Shown: piece after piece, positions 38,701 through 53,257 of the stretch
Position numbering within the stretch: the stretch's first letter is position 1
How the letters are laid out: each line of letters begins with the position of its first letter
Source of the DNA: Nemertoderma westbladi
Taxonomy: Eukaryota > Animalia > Xenacoelomorpha
NCBI GenBank assembly: GCA_032718475.1
Contig: JAUCBJ010007043.1
Location: 1 to 64,000, forward strand
Reading direction: 5' to 3'
DNA: 64,000 nucleotides
Made by a program: the position numbers and the translations under genes
The notes under the pieces: model-generated
Told to the model about the DNA's origin: nothing
The model's input: only the letters and a program-made list of their open reading frames with translations
Database searches by the model: none

Positions 38701-41700
38701 ATATCACACACTGATGTCACTCACCTAACTCATATCACTCACTACTGATATCACACACTGATGTCACTCACCTAACTCATACCACTCACTACTGATATCA
38801 CACACTGATGTCACTCACCTAACTGATATCACTCACTACTGATATCACACACTGATGTCACTCACCTAACTGATATCACTCACTACTGATATCACACACT
38901 GATGTCACTCACCTAACTGATATCACTCACTACTGATATCACACACTGATGTCACTCACCTAACTGATATCACTCACTACTGATATCACACACTGATGTC
39001 ACTCACCTAACTCATATCACTCACTACTGATATCACACACTGATGTCACTCACCTAACTCATACCACTCACTACTGATATCACACACTGATGTCACTCAC
39101 CTAACTCATATCACTCACTACTGATATCACACACTAAAGGGATATTACTAAACTGATACCACTCACTACTGATATCACACACTGATGTCACTCACCTAAC
39201 TCATATCACTCACTACTGATATCACACACTGATGTCACTCACCTAACTCATATCACTCACTACTGATATCACACACTGATGTCACTCACCTAACTCATAT
39301 CACTCACTACTGATATCACACACTGATGTCACTCACCTAACTCATATCACTCACTACTGATATCACACACTAAAGGGATATTACTAAACTGATACCACTC
39401 ACTACTGATATCACACACTGATGTCACTCACCTAACTCATATCACTCACTACTGATATCACACACTGATGTCACTCACCTAACTCATATCACTCACTACT
39501 GATATCACACACTGATGTCACTCACCTAACTCATATCACTCACTACTGATATCACACACTAAAGGGATATTACTAAACTGATACCACTCACTACTGATAT
39601 CACACACTGATGTCACTCACCTAACTCATATCACTCACTACTGATATCACACACTGATGTCACTCACCTAACTCATATCACTCACTACTGATATCACACA
39701 CTAAAGGGATATTACTAAACTGATACCACTCACTACTGATATCACACACTGATGTCACTCACCTAACTCATATCACTCACTACTGATATCACACACTGAT
39801 GTCACTCACCTAACTCATATCACTCACTACTGATATCACACACTGATGTCACTCACCTAACTCATATCACTCACTACTGATATCACACACTAAAGGGATA
39901 TTACTAAACTGATACCACTCACTACTGATATCACACACTGATGTCACTCACCTAACTCATATCACTCACTACTGATATCACACACTGATGTCACTCACCT
40001 AACTCATATCACTCACTACTGATATCACACACTGATGTCACTCACCTAACTGATATCACTCACTACTGATATCACACACTGATGTCACTCACCTAACTCA
40101 TACCACTCACTACTGATATCACACACTGATGTCACTCACCTAACTCATATCACTCACTACTGATATCACACACTAAAGGGATATTACTAAACTGATACCA
40201 CTCACTACTGATATCACACACTGATGTCACTCACCTAACTCATATCACTCACTACTGATATCACACACTGATGTCACTCACCTAACTCATATCACTCACT
40301 ACTGATATCACACACTGATGTCACTCACCTAACTCATATCACTCACTACTGATATCACACACTGATGTCACTCACCTAACTCATATCACTCACTACTGAT
40401 ATCACACACTAAAGGGATATTACTAAACTGATACCACTCACTACTGATATCACACACTGATGTCACTCACCTAACTCATATCACTCACTACTGATATCAC
40501 ACACTGATGTCACTCACCTAACTCATATCACTCACTACTGATATCACACACTGATGTCACTCACCTAACTCATATCACTCACTACTGATATCACACACTG
40601 ATGTCACTCACCTAACTCATATCACTCACTACTGATATCACACACTAAAGGGATATTACTAAACTGATACCACTCACTACTGATATCACACACTGATGTC
40701 ACTCACCTAACTCATATCACTCACTACTGATATCACACACTAAAGGGATATTACTAAACTGATACCACTCACTACTGATATCACACACTGATGTCACTCA
40801 CCTAACTCATATCACTCACTACTGATATCACACACTGATGTCACTCACCTAACTGATATCACTCACTACTGATATCACACACTAAAGGGATATTACTAAA
40901 CTGATACCACTCACTACTGATATCACACACTGATGTCACTCACCTAACTCATATCACTCACTACTGATATCACACACTGATGTCACTCACCTAACTCATA
41001 TCACTCACTACTGATATCACACACTAAAGGGATATTACTAAACTGATACCACTCACTACTGATATCACACACTGATGTCACTCACCTAACTCATATCACT
41101 CACTACTGATATCACACACTAAAGTGATATTCACCTAAACTGATACCACTCACTACTGATATCACACACTGATGTCACTCACCTAACTCATATCACTCAC
41201 TACTGATATCACACACTGATGTCACTCACCTAACTCATATCACTCACTACTGATATCACACACTGATGTCACTCACCTAACTCATATCACTCACTACTGA
41301 TATCACACACTGATGTCACTCACCTAACTCATATCACTCACTACTGATATCACACACTGATGTCACTCACCTAACTGATACCACTCACTACTGATATCAC
41401 ACACTGATGTCACTCACCTAACTCATATCTCTCACTACTGATATCACACACTGATGTCACTCACCTAACTCATATCACTCACTACTGATATCACACACTG
41501 ATGTCACTCACCTAACTCATATCACTCACTACTGATATCACACACTAAAGGGATATTACTAAACTGATACCACTCACTACTGATATCACACACTGATGTC
41601 ACTCACCTAACTCATATCACTCACTACTGATATCACACACTAAAGGGATATTACTAAACTGATACCACTCACTACTGATATCACACACTGATGTCACTCA

Positions 41701-42645
41701 CCTAACTCATATCACTCACTACTGATATCACACACTGATGTCACTCACCTAACTCATATCACTCACTACTGATATCACACACTGATGTCACTCACCTAAC
41801 TCATATCACTCACTACTGATATCACACACTGATGTCACTCACCTAACTCATATCACTCACTACTGATATCACACACTAAAGGGATATTACTAAACTGATA
41901 CCACTCACTACTGATATCACACACTGATGTCACTCACCTAACTCATATCACTCACTACTGATATCACACACTGATGTCACTCACCTAACTCATATCACTC
42001 ACTACTGATATCACACACTAAAGGGATATTACTAAACTGATACCACTCACTACTGATATCACACACTGATGTCACTCACCTAACTCATATCACTCACTAC
42101 TGATATCACACACTGATGTCACTCACCTAACTCATATCACTCACTACTGATATCACACACTGATGTCACTCACCTAACTCATATCACTCACTACTGATAT
42201 CACACACTAAAGGGATATTACTAAACTGATACCACTCACTACTGATATCACACACTGATGTCACTCACCTAACTGATACCACTCACTACTGATATCACAC
42301 ACTGATGTCACTCACCTAACTGATATCACTCACTACTGATATCACACACTGATGTCACTCACCTAACTGATATCACTCACTACTGATATCACACACTGAT
42401 GTCACTCACCTAACTGTTATCACACACAAACTCAGTAAAATAATATCACGCACTCAACTGATATCACACACAAACTGATATCACATACTAAACTTACTAA
42501 TATCACAAATACACTAATACCACTCACTAATCTGATATCACACACGAAAGTGATATCGCACGATAAACTGATATCACATACTAAACTAATAGCACTAAAC
42601 TGATATTACACACAAACTGATATCATATACTAAATGTGATACAAC
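35800..42645. repeat. 47/48-bp satellite (about 130 units, about 36280-42420) with flanks of degenerate 18-bp-like monomers
   Basis: Unit A is ACTGATATCACACACTGATGTCACTCACCTAACTCATATCACTCACT (47 bp). Unit B is ACTGATATCACACACTAAAGGGATATTACTAAACTGATACCACTCACT (48 bp). Confidence 0.97.
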
Positions 42646-45065
42646 ACACTAAACTGATACCACGCACTAAACTGATACCACGCACTAAACTGATACCACG
42701 CACTAAACTGATACCTCGCACTAAACTGATACCACGCACTAAACTGATACCACGCACTAAACTGATACCACGCACTAAACTGATACCACGCACTAAACTG
42801 ATACCCCGCACTAAACTGATACCACGCACTAAACTGATACCACACACTAAACCGATACCACGCACTAAACTGATACCACGCACTAAACTGATACCACGCA
42901 CTAAACTGATACCACGCACTAAACTGATACCTCGCACTAAACTGATACCACGCACTAAACTGATACCACGCACTAAACTGATACCTCGCACTAAACTGAT
43001 AACACGCACTAAACTGATACCACGCACTAAACTGATACCACGCACTAAACTGATACCACGCACTAAACTGATACCCCGCACTAAACTGATACCACGCACT
43101 AAACTGATACCACACACTAAACCGATACCACGCACTAAACTGATACCACGCACTAAACTGATACCACGCACTAAACTGATACCACTCACTCAACTGATAC
43201 CACGCACTAAACTGATACCACACACTAAACCGATACCACGCACTAAACTGATACCACGCACTAAACTGATACCACGCACTAAACTGATACCACTCACTCA
43301 ACTGATACCACGCACTAAACTGATACCACGCACTAAACTGATACCACGCACTAAACTGATACCACGCACTAAACTGATACCACGCACTAAACTGATACCA
43401 CGCACTAAACTGATACCACGCACTAAACTGATACCCCGCACTAAACTGATACCACGCACTAAACTGATACCACACACTAAACCGATACCACGCACTAAAC
43501 TGATACCACGCACTAAACTGATACCACTCACTCAACTGATACCACGCACTAAACTGATACCACGCACTAAACTGATACCACGCACTAAACTGATACCACG
43601 CACTAAACTGATACCACGCACCAAACTGATACCACGCACTAAACTGATACCACGCACTAAACTGATACCACTCACTCAACTGATACCACGCACTAAACTG
43701 ATACCACGCACTAAACTGATACCACGCACTAAACTGATACCACGCACTAAACTGATACCACGCACTAAACTGATACCACGCACTAAACTGATACCACGCA
43801 CTAAACTGATACCACGCACTAAACTGATACCACGCACTAAACTGATACCACGCACTAAACTGATACCACGCACTAAACTGATACCACGCACTAAACTGAT
43901 ACCACGCACTAAACTGATACCACGCACTAAACTGATACCACGCACTAAACTGATACCACGCACTAAACTGATACCACGCACTAAACTGATACCACGCACT
44001 AAACTGATACCACGCACTAAACTGATACCACGCACTAAACTGATACCACGCACTAATCTGATACCACGCACTAAACTGATACCACGCACTAAACTGATAC
44101 CACGCACTAAACTGATACCACGCACTAAACTGATACCACGCACTAAACTGATACCACGCACTAAACTGATACCACGCACTAAACTGATACCACGCACTAA
44201 ACTGATACCACGCACTAAACTGATACCACGCACTAAACTGATACCACTCACTCAACTGATACCACGCACTAAAGTGATATCGCACAATAAACTGATATCA
44301 CATACTAAACTAATATGCTACTAATCTAAAACTAAACTGATACCATGCACTAAACTGATACCACGCACTAAACTGATACCACGCACTAAACTGATACCAC
44401 GCACTAAACTGATACCACGCACTAAAGTGATATCACGCACTAAAGTGATATCACGCACTAAACTGATACCACGCACTAAACTGATACCACGCACTAAACT
44501 GATACCACGCACTCAACTGATACCACGCACTAAACTGATACCACGCACTCAACTGATACCACGCACTAAACTGATACCACGCACTAAACTGATACCACGC
44601 ATTAAACTGATACCACGCATTAAACTGATACCACGCACTAAACTGATACCACGCACTAAACTGATACCACGCACTAAACTGATACCACGCACTAAACTGA
44701 TACCACGCACTAAACTGATACCACGCACTAAACTGATACCACGCACTAAACTGATACCACGCACTAAACTGATACCACGCACTAATCTGATACCACGCAC
44801 TAAACTGATACCACGCACTAAACTGATACCACGCACTAAACTGATACCACGCACTAAACTGATACCACGCACTAAACTGATACCACGCACTAAACTGATA
44901 CCACGCACTAAACTGATACCACGCACTAAACTGATACCACGCACTAAACTGATACCACGCACTAAACTGATACCACGCACTAAACTGATACCACGCACTA
45001 AACTGATACCACGCACTAAACTGATACCACGCACTAAACTGATACCACGCACTCAACTGATATCA
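42646..45065. repeat. 18-bp satellite (ACTAAACTGATACCACGC)n in two blocks with a short degenerate interruption at about 44270-44335
   Basis: Directly visible; produces the TKLIPR / AWYQFS / RGISLV repeat ORFs. Confidence 0.98.
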
Positions 45066-48000
45066 CTCTTCAACGAATTCAGCAGAGATCGACGAATCGA
45101 ATACGTTGTTTCTAAAAGGTGATGCTCGGTTTAATGGATTTGGTGAAAGTGAGATATGGACTCATATCTACTGCAGGTAGTAGCTATTGGTGGATAGGGG
45201 TGGGTTGGTAATGAGATTTATATTATTAGACCAAACTTTAAATAAACTTTATTTATGACATCTCTGAACTTTATTAAATAAGTTTAGAACAACTTTATTA
45301 AATAAGTTTAGAATAACTATATTAAATAATTTTAGAACAACTTTATTAAATAAGTTTAGAATAACTTTACAACAAATAGTTTCAATATAATACCTTTATT
45401 TATAAGGATAGGTTCAATAGACATTCATATTCTTATTTTTAGAAAAAAAAAATGTATATAATGCGCTGTAGCTCTTCTCCGTAAACATATTAGAATTTGT
45501 ACCCTGGCCTTAAGCATTTTCCCAAGTGTAGTAAATGGTAAAAAGTTATTTATATCTCCTTAGCAACTGAGTATGTTCCACATCATGGGCGCTACCCCAC
45601 CCCACCCCCCCCCCCCCCCCCCCAAACCCTGTACACAATCCCTTTTATTTTTCAGATCGTACACTTATAGAGATCATCTGATCGTAAGAAGTTAACTTAT
45701 CAATATCTCAGAATTCCTTCTGAAATAAAATAAAATATGTTTATCTATTTCCTCTGTAATCCTTACATGTTAAGGGATTCAATTAGTTAGTTGATAAGGA
45801 GATATAGAATCAATCCTGGAAAAAGCACAATTCGAATTGATTCAAAGCAAATTGCGGTTTATTAGATTTATACTCTTAACAAAAATAGCCAATAGAAGCA
45901 AGGGAACTAATTACATGTCGGCGATACAATCGTAGAAATTCGAACTAAAGCGCCAATAAACAAACTAATAACTCAATAAAGTTTACAGTGTAGTAAGGGG
46001 GGGGGGGGGGGGGGGGGGATGGTCACAAAAATTATGAGCTTTGTGTATCTTATCTCGTGGAATATAAGATATTAGTTCTAAGATAATATAAATTATTATT
46101 TTTGTCTACATATCACAATGAGAACACTTGAAAGCTGATTGAGTAGAATTCGTTTTCAATATGATAGTCTTTGAAATAGGTGTGAAATATTATTCGTCTG
46201 GAACACTAAGTTATGAATATTAGACAAATTGTACTAGAATGTTTTACAATTAAATTGTCGCTTGTAGGTGATAAAACATACGCTCATATTTCAGCTACAC
46301 TTTAAACACTTTACATGACACTTTTAAAGATTTGGAATTCTAGTAGACTAACTTTCTGGGAATTATTACTTTGGTGCACAGCAGGGACCATCAGGGAATG
46401 TTTATACAGTTTATAGAGAAAGGAGCAGGTTACAGAGGCGGGATTTTCTAACCAAAACAATAAACAGTCACTTTACCAAATCAGGGAAAGGAGCAGGTTA
46501 CAGAGACGGGATTTTCTAACCAAAACAATAAACGATCATTTAAAAACCAAAGCAAGAAAACGCACAGTCAGAGGATAGGCAAGTCTGTAGACCGGTAATA
46601 CTGTAATACTAGGTACCGGCATGCTGTGTACGAAAGTAATAAGAGGGAGCTTTTCAAAACCTTGTTGCTCGTAGGTAAAGTAAATATTGAAAGCGAAAAT
46701 AAAATATGAATTACGGCTCTAAGGAGGACAGAGGTGAAACTATCTCTGTTTCAAATATCATATCCAGTTCTCAATGCGATCTGTATAAAAATTTGGTGGG
46801 GAGGGAAGAGGGGGGGGGGGGGGGGGGGGCTGGTCTGAAATAAGACTATATTCCAGGCAGGAGATGCTACAGAAAACCGACGCGAGTGAAAATGTTGACG
46901 TGAAAGCAACCTACCTCGATAATTTTTTTACGAGTGGGAATTTGGAAGAAAATAAGCAAGAAAGTAAATACGAACTGAGCGAATCAGGAAACCATGTCAG
47001 ACGGAGTTCATGAAAATAATCAGATTCTTAAACAAAAATTTAAATTACAGCAATAAAATAACTGTATATGAAATGTGTAGTAATAGGTCCAACATTTATT
47101 AAATAGACAATAAAAAAACCTGGGAGATGATTTAATGTTTAACTCGCTCCAATTAATTTTAAACAAAATATTTCATATTTTATCCACGTCTAATAAATGT
47201 TACATAAGTACATCGAAAAACATTACTGCAAAGAAAATCTTACTAAATAAATAGTAATTTATATTTTGTTTGAAATTTTTTACATTCTTTTTCTTGGATG
47301 CAATAATAACATTTTCCCACTATAATAATGCATTCAATTGACATAATTTTAAACTAATCTTATTCTGTATGCAATGTGTATGTATATATGTATAATACAT
47401 AATTACACATATACTTTATAGACATTACATATTACATACATAGATAAACAACAACAACCAGTTGCATAACGTTTACGTAACGATAAGTGATAAGAACAGA
47501 TACCTAAGCTGCCTCTAAAAAATTTTCGATTTTGTGCTTTATAATTATAAACAAATGTTATGTTTCAACAAGATTTTACTATTTGTTTATCATATATATG
47601 ACCAGAAACTTCATTTTAATTTAATGCAGACAGCCTGAAAGTAATACATATATATATATTGACATAAATTTCGGTTATTATTCTCAAATGTGTAGATAAT
47701 TATAAACACCACTGCAATTGCACTACGGGGTGAAATACAAACAACCGACAGCCATTAGACCCCATCAATTTGTCTGTCCCTGATTTATTTGAAAAAAAAA
47801 CGCGACACAAACGTACAGGCAAAATTTTAAGTTATAAAATATAACAAACGAAAAAATGTCAATATAATATAATATTAGTAATAAATTCCTTTTCTGAAAT
47901 ATTTTGTACACATAGGGCCTATTACAGATATACAAACTTTAAAACGTTGAATTTGTATTTTGTATATTCTCAGTAATTTAGTCAGTTCTTTCGACCCGAT

Positions 48001-48132
48001 AAGGAGAAAGTTTATACATCAAACTTTGATAGACTATTAACAGGATCAGTTGAGTTTACCTGTATTATTTACGAAACTTTTTAGTTCCTCCTATGAAATT
48101 TGTTTCATCGACTTTCCAGCGAATTTATTCTC

Positions 48133-49164
48133 TTAAAACCCGCCTCTCCCACGCCCCCCTCCGCGCTGGCCATAAGGGTGAGGTCTCATTGCACCGCGGC
48201 CCCCACCAGCCGGTGCCTTACCTCCTGGCCCACCCCTTCCTCGGGGCCCCCCACGCCCGCCCCCACGGCCCCCCGGAAAGCCCCCACCCCCCCTGAACCC
48301 CCGAGCACCGCCACCGAACCCACGCCCACCCCCAAACCCACCACCGCGGCCTCTCGGTGCGAAACCCTGATCCCCATAGCTTTGCTGCGCCTGAGAGAAA
48401 GAGTCGTACTCGCCTCCACCCATAACCTCATCACCTCCATCACCCATATAGTAACCTCCCCCTCCACCACCTCCATTATATTGCCCAGGCCCCATGATAC
48501 CTCCAAAGCCTCCCCCTCTCCCCCTACCTCGACCAACCCCACCTCGTCCACCCCGACCCCGGAACCCACCTCCCCTACCCCTATCCCCCCCACCTCGAGA
48601 ATACCCCCCTCCTGGCAGTTCATCCGGAACCAACAACTCGGTTAGATCTTTCAATGCGGCCGCCATGTTGGTGTATGCTTCGTGGGCTGACGCTTTGGTC
48701 TCTACCATCACGTGTTGATCGTAATTAAGGTGATGGTACTGGGGGTCGCCGGATTGCCGACGCCGTTCCTCCTCACCTTTCTCCCGGATCGTCCCACGGC
48801 CCAGCAAATAAATACGACATTTTGTACTCTTTATCAAATTCTTCAAGGTGGTGCCCTGAGGTCCCAATATTTTACCCAAGAAATTATAGCCAGGGTAGGT
48901 ATTAAATGGCATTAAAACTCTTTTTCGCAGGGTTATTTCGGGGTGAGGTTCATCGACACTCACCCAATCGTCGGGTTGGATTTCGTTCACCTCATCTGGG
49001 AGGCGGAATACTTTCGGGCCGCCTCCAGGCTGCGGCGCCTGATGGCCTCCAGCCTCATACTCAGTGTCAACACCAACCGATGTGTCAAAATGATTCGGTT
49101 GATCTAACTCTGGTTCCAAAGCCCCGGTTGTCAGAGGGTCGTCTGATGCAAAATCTGGTTCCAT
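48133..49164 (-). CDS. KHDRBS: KHDRBS/Sam68-like STAR-family KH RNA-binding protein with RGG-rich C-terminus, single-exon ORF
   Basis: YNFLGKILGPQGTTLK...LGRGTIREKGEEE...GDPQYHHLNYDQHV...AY..MAAAL...LVPD matches the Sam68/SLM KH domain. RPHPYG resembles the Sam68 REHPYG PY-NLS. Confidence 0.9.
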   Translation of the reverse strand: MEPDFASDDPLTTGALEPELDQPNHFDTSVGVDTEYEAGGHQAPQPGGGPKVFRLPDEVNEIQPDDWVSVDEPHPEITLRKRVLMPFNTYPGYNFLGKILGPQGTTLKNLIKSTKCRIYLLGRGTIREKGEEERRRQSGDPQYHHLNYDQHVMVETKASAHEAYTNMAAALKDLTELLVPDELPGGGYSRGGGDRGRGGGFRGRGGRGGVGRGRGRGGGFGGIMGPGQYNGGGGGGGYYMGDGGDEVMGGGEYDSFSQAQQSYGDQGFAPRGRGGGFGGGRGFGGGARGFRGGGGFPGGRGGGRGGPRGRGGPGGKAPAGGGRGAMRPHPYGQRGGGRGRGGF

Positions 49165-50794
49165 TTTATGTGTTATGAACTCTTTTTAATATATTTGCAA
49201 ATTTTTCAAAACTTATATGTTGTTATTCTGCTTAGGCTACGCAAAGTCCAACTCCAAACACTTGAAGCCAAAAAAGATAACAAGGAATTTCAATTTGTAT
49301 TTGAAGCTTAGACTGAAAGAAAGAATACTATTAACGATTTCAACTTTTAGGTATAATTTACTAATAGGCCTACAATATTCACAAGTTACCTACCGGTAAC
49401 TGTATTATATATACAAGCCCAAAACCTACCGGTAAATTATGGATTATTAAAACTGTAAAATGTACCGTACCCTATATGTAACCTAAAATGTAACCTATAA
49501 ATCTGTAAATAAAATATTTACAAGCTACAATGCGGAATCAGGGCCCTCCACCTATTCTGTTGTACTGTGCAGCGGTATTGCATACTGGTACCGGTAATTA
49601 CAATTATACTGTAACATACTAGCAGCTAGCAGGTACCCTGGTACCGGTATGCTACTCTATCTATATTATAATAAATATAGGCCCTACCTAATTTATATTC
49701 ATAATAAATTTATTGTCACAATAATTTTCAGATTAATTGAATTTTTGAAAACTTATACATCGGTATACTGGTACCGGTATATAAAATGTAATATAGGCCA
49801 GGCCTATGATATTATATTCAAAACGGCGCTTTGGATCTATAAAATAATCTAAGAAATTAGAGGAACTACCGGTACCGGTATAGGGCTTATTCCTATATAT
49901 GTATTCCTATAAATTAGTTTTTCTTATTTTTTATTTGTTTATTAGGCTATTATTTCAGTATTTATTACTGTATTAATTACTAACTACATTTTCTGTAATT
50001 AGTCCCTTGCACATTGGTAGGTAGGCTATACAGCTATATGCTATATAGATATGAGATTGGGTACGGTAGTATTAAAAGACAGTATTAATAAAAACATGTT
50101 ACCTGTTACCATGGTAAGTTACCGTACTAGCTGGGAGCTACCAGCATAATTTAAGCAGTGTAAAAGCAAAAAAGCTGTACTGTAGTACTGTAGTACATAT
50201 TTTTAACATGTGTTTAAATTACATATTTGAGATTGCTTTGTTGTTATAGAATATTTTATTAAAAATATTATTTTTTGGACATTACAGCATTATTATTCAT
50301 TACACATTATTCAATAACACTAACAGAAACGAATGCGAACAATAGGACTACATAATACAGCAATATATAGCTACGGAAATTCCAACGGACTGACGGAGTT
50401 GAAGTTTAATTTTTTTTTAATTCAACTTTTAAGTTGTAAATTCAACTCTAAAATCTGAAAATGGCAGGCGGCCCAGACTGCCAGAAGGGCCCCAAGACGT
50501 TACAGAAGGGGTGTTTGTATAGTTTTTATGGGTGTAACTCGAAAAATCAACCCTCATAAAAACTTTCACTGTCGGGATTACATTTTTTAAAAACATTATA
50601 AGTGATTACTGGATTACATTTGCAAATTAGCTGAAATACTATAGGAATTTATTAGATGTATTAAAATACCGCTCTATGTCAGTACCGGTATGTCATAATT
50701 ATTAGGCCTATCTGCCTATACAATGGAATACCAGTCAGCCAGTAATGGATTCCAATTCCATATTTCAGTATTTCCAAACCTACCGTACTCCAAA

Positions 50795-50922
50795 TGTTGA
50801 ATTTTAAAAAAAGTTGAATTTTAAACCCTTCTCCAAAAGTTTAATTTTAATAAAAAGTTGAATTTTAATAAAAAGTTGAATTTTAATAAAAAGTTGAATT
50901 TTAATAAAAAGTTGAATTTTAA
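50795..50922. repeat. 18-bp AT-rich tandem repeat (TAAAAAGTTGAATTTTAA)
   Basis: Directly visible, about 6 copies. Confidence 0.75.
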
Positions 50923-51079
50923 ACACGGGAACTGGTAAAATGACATTAAAAAAATTTTAAATGGCAGAAAATCTCTGCGTAAAACAACAATGAAAGTTGA
51001 AAAGTACAATAGGCTACACAGATACAGCAGTATGCCTACCCGCTACCGGTACTGCTGTAGTCCAGTAGTCAGGTAGGCC

Positions 51080-52280
51080 GGGTGTTTGAAAAAGGTGGAC
51101 TGGACACAGAAAACATGGACAACGGACAGACCAATCACGGGCGATTTGCGTCACACAGCTTGTCCACCTTTTTCAGCTTTGTTGTCCACCTTTTTCAAAT
51201 TTGAATAAGGTGGACTGGGTTGAGAAAGAACAGGCAATGAATTGACCAATCAGATTGATTTGCACATTAGAGCAGCTCTGTCCACGTTTTTCAAAAAATT
51301 TCGGAAGGTTTTTATGTATTCTGGGATTATTATTGTTATTATTATCCCATACTTACTGTGACCAACCGAAGTTGTCGAAATAGGCCTAGTTAAATAATAT
51401 GGGGCGAGCCACGAAGTCTGAGTGCTGAGCTTTACAGCCTTAGCATCAATATTGGAACGTCAATATTCTAACTCATTCATTACAGTATAAAGTTAATCAT
51501 ACTGTAATAACTACCTATTGTACTGTGAGGGAAATATAATATGCTTTATTTACCGTTCATCCCGAGATCTGTTATTAAACGACCGAGCGCACCGAGCGCC
51601 GAGGGAGGTAAATAAGTCTCCATATTTTGGGAGTGGAGGTCCGAAACCCTAATTCAAAGTGGAAATGGAGGCCCAAAGCCTTAATTATAAAACAGTCATG
51701 TAACCCCAACCTTAAATATTTTGGATCCTAAATTCCACAAAATTTCTTAGATTAGAACATCGGGACTTTAGAGCTACTAATGACAGTTTTAATTAGGGTT
51801 TGGACCTGACCAACAAACCCAACCACAAAAATAAACCAATAAATACAAGTTAAAGTGCTGTACGGTACGCTAGACCTACTATTAATATACTGTAAGTCTA
51901 TAGGAGGGCAATCCGCAGGGGGGGGGGGGGGGGGGGTAGATACGCCTAGGACACCGGCAGCATTCTTAATGCAACTGCTTCCAGCATGCCCATTATAGAT
52001 AGATAATTGAAACCTGAAAAAGGTGGACAGTCCAATCACTAATAAATAGCATTGCTTTAATACGTTTCTGATTGGTCAGACTATTATATATGTTTTTTGT
52101 GCATGTGTCCTGTCCACCTTTTTCAAACACACATCTTATTCCCAATTATGTAACTAAGAAAGCGGAAACTTGAAAAAGGTGGACAGACCAATTGCTACAA
52201 ACTGCTTTGCTTAATACGTTTCTGATTGGTCTGTCCGTTGTCCATGTTTTCTGTGTCCAGTCCACCTTTTTCAAACACCC
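51080..52280. mobile_element. Mutator-like (MULE) non-autonomous DNA transposon, 1201 bp
   Basis: Perfect TIR of about 58 bp (GGGTGTTTGAAAAAGGTGGACTGGACACAGAAAACATGGACAACGGACAGACCAATCA). 9-bp TSD AGGTAGGCC at 51071-51079 and 52281-52289. Confidence 0.92.
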
Positions 52281-53257
52281 AGGTAGGCCTAGTATGTACC
52301 GGTAGTACAAGTACAGTAGTACCTACTGTTACTGTACTGTAGTAGAGTAATATCTGGCCTGAATACCGTACCTAATAGGCCTACAGCACCAGGCTAGCTA
52401 GGCTAGGCAGTACCGCTGTAGCCAATACACTGATACAGCTACCTGGCTACAGTCTGACAGTAGTACGAGTACCACAGTACAGCAGTACCAGAGTACAGTA
52501 CTGGAGTAGGCCTACATCAGTCTAGCAGAAGCAGAGTAGTACAGTAGTAGGCAGCCAGTACAGATTAGGCAGGCAGTGTTCGCGCTTTTGTAGACCTTTA
52601 GCAGTTTAACCTGCCAAAATTTATATGTCTTTTAGTTAATTAAAACACCTTTAGCATAGGCCTACGACAATATTTTATGCTAATACGCCAAACATTAGCC
52701 GAAGGCAGCCCATGCGCGATCATTCACCCGATGGATCTACACCCGGGAGGCTGAATTCGGATGCTTAAATTGTATTATTGCAGTGTAAGGTTGCAGTGTA
52801 TACCTACTGTATTATTCGATAGATCGTTAATAATTAATCTCTGACAGATATTATTGGCTTTCGGGAAATATTAACAGTTCCTTTAGGACGTGGCGCTTTA
52901 TCTATTTAAACAGAACTAAGACTTATACTAAAACGCAACGATACCGCTTATGATTAAAGTATAAAGCGTATTCTTTAGGAAATACTTTGTTACCAATCAC
53001 AATCATACACACTATTCTGCCGACAGTCAGTATATTTGATCACACATAAAGAGAGCAGTAATTGACTCATGTAGGGTCTGCTAAATAACATTAGATTTAA
53101 TACACACCACATTAATATAAATCGCAATTGTTATGTATAGCCGGTCTCTCTAACCTGTAGTGTATCAAGAAAATTGGGAATTTTGGGTGATTTATCCGTA
53201 TTATCCAAAGAGCAATATTTCCATCAACAAATAGGTACAATTAATAACTGACGGTAA

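Noticed and set aside
9581-45065. Tandem arrays with 30-58-bp units as possible CRISPR arrays
   Set aside because: Units are head-to-tail with no unique spacers, there are no cas genes, and the context is eukaryotic.
42623-45122. ORFs of 550+ aa made of TKLIPR / AWYQFS / RGISLV repeats
   Set aside because: An 18-bp unit without stops in several frames; no unique coding flanks or splice signals.
48100-48718. Pro/Thr-rich plus-strand ORFs
   Set aside because: Antisense shadows of the RGG-coding region of the KHDRBS-like gene.
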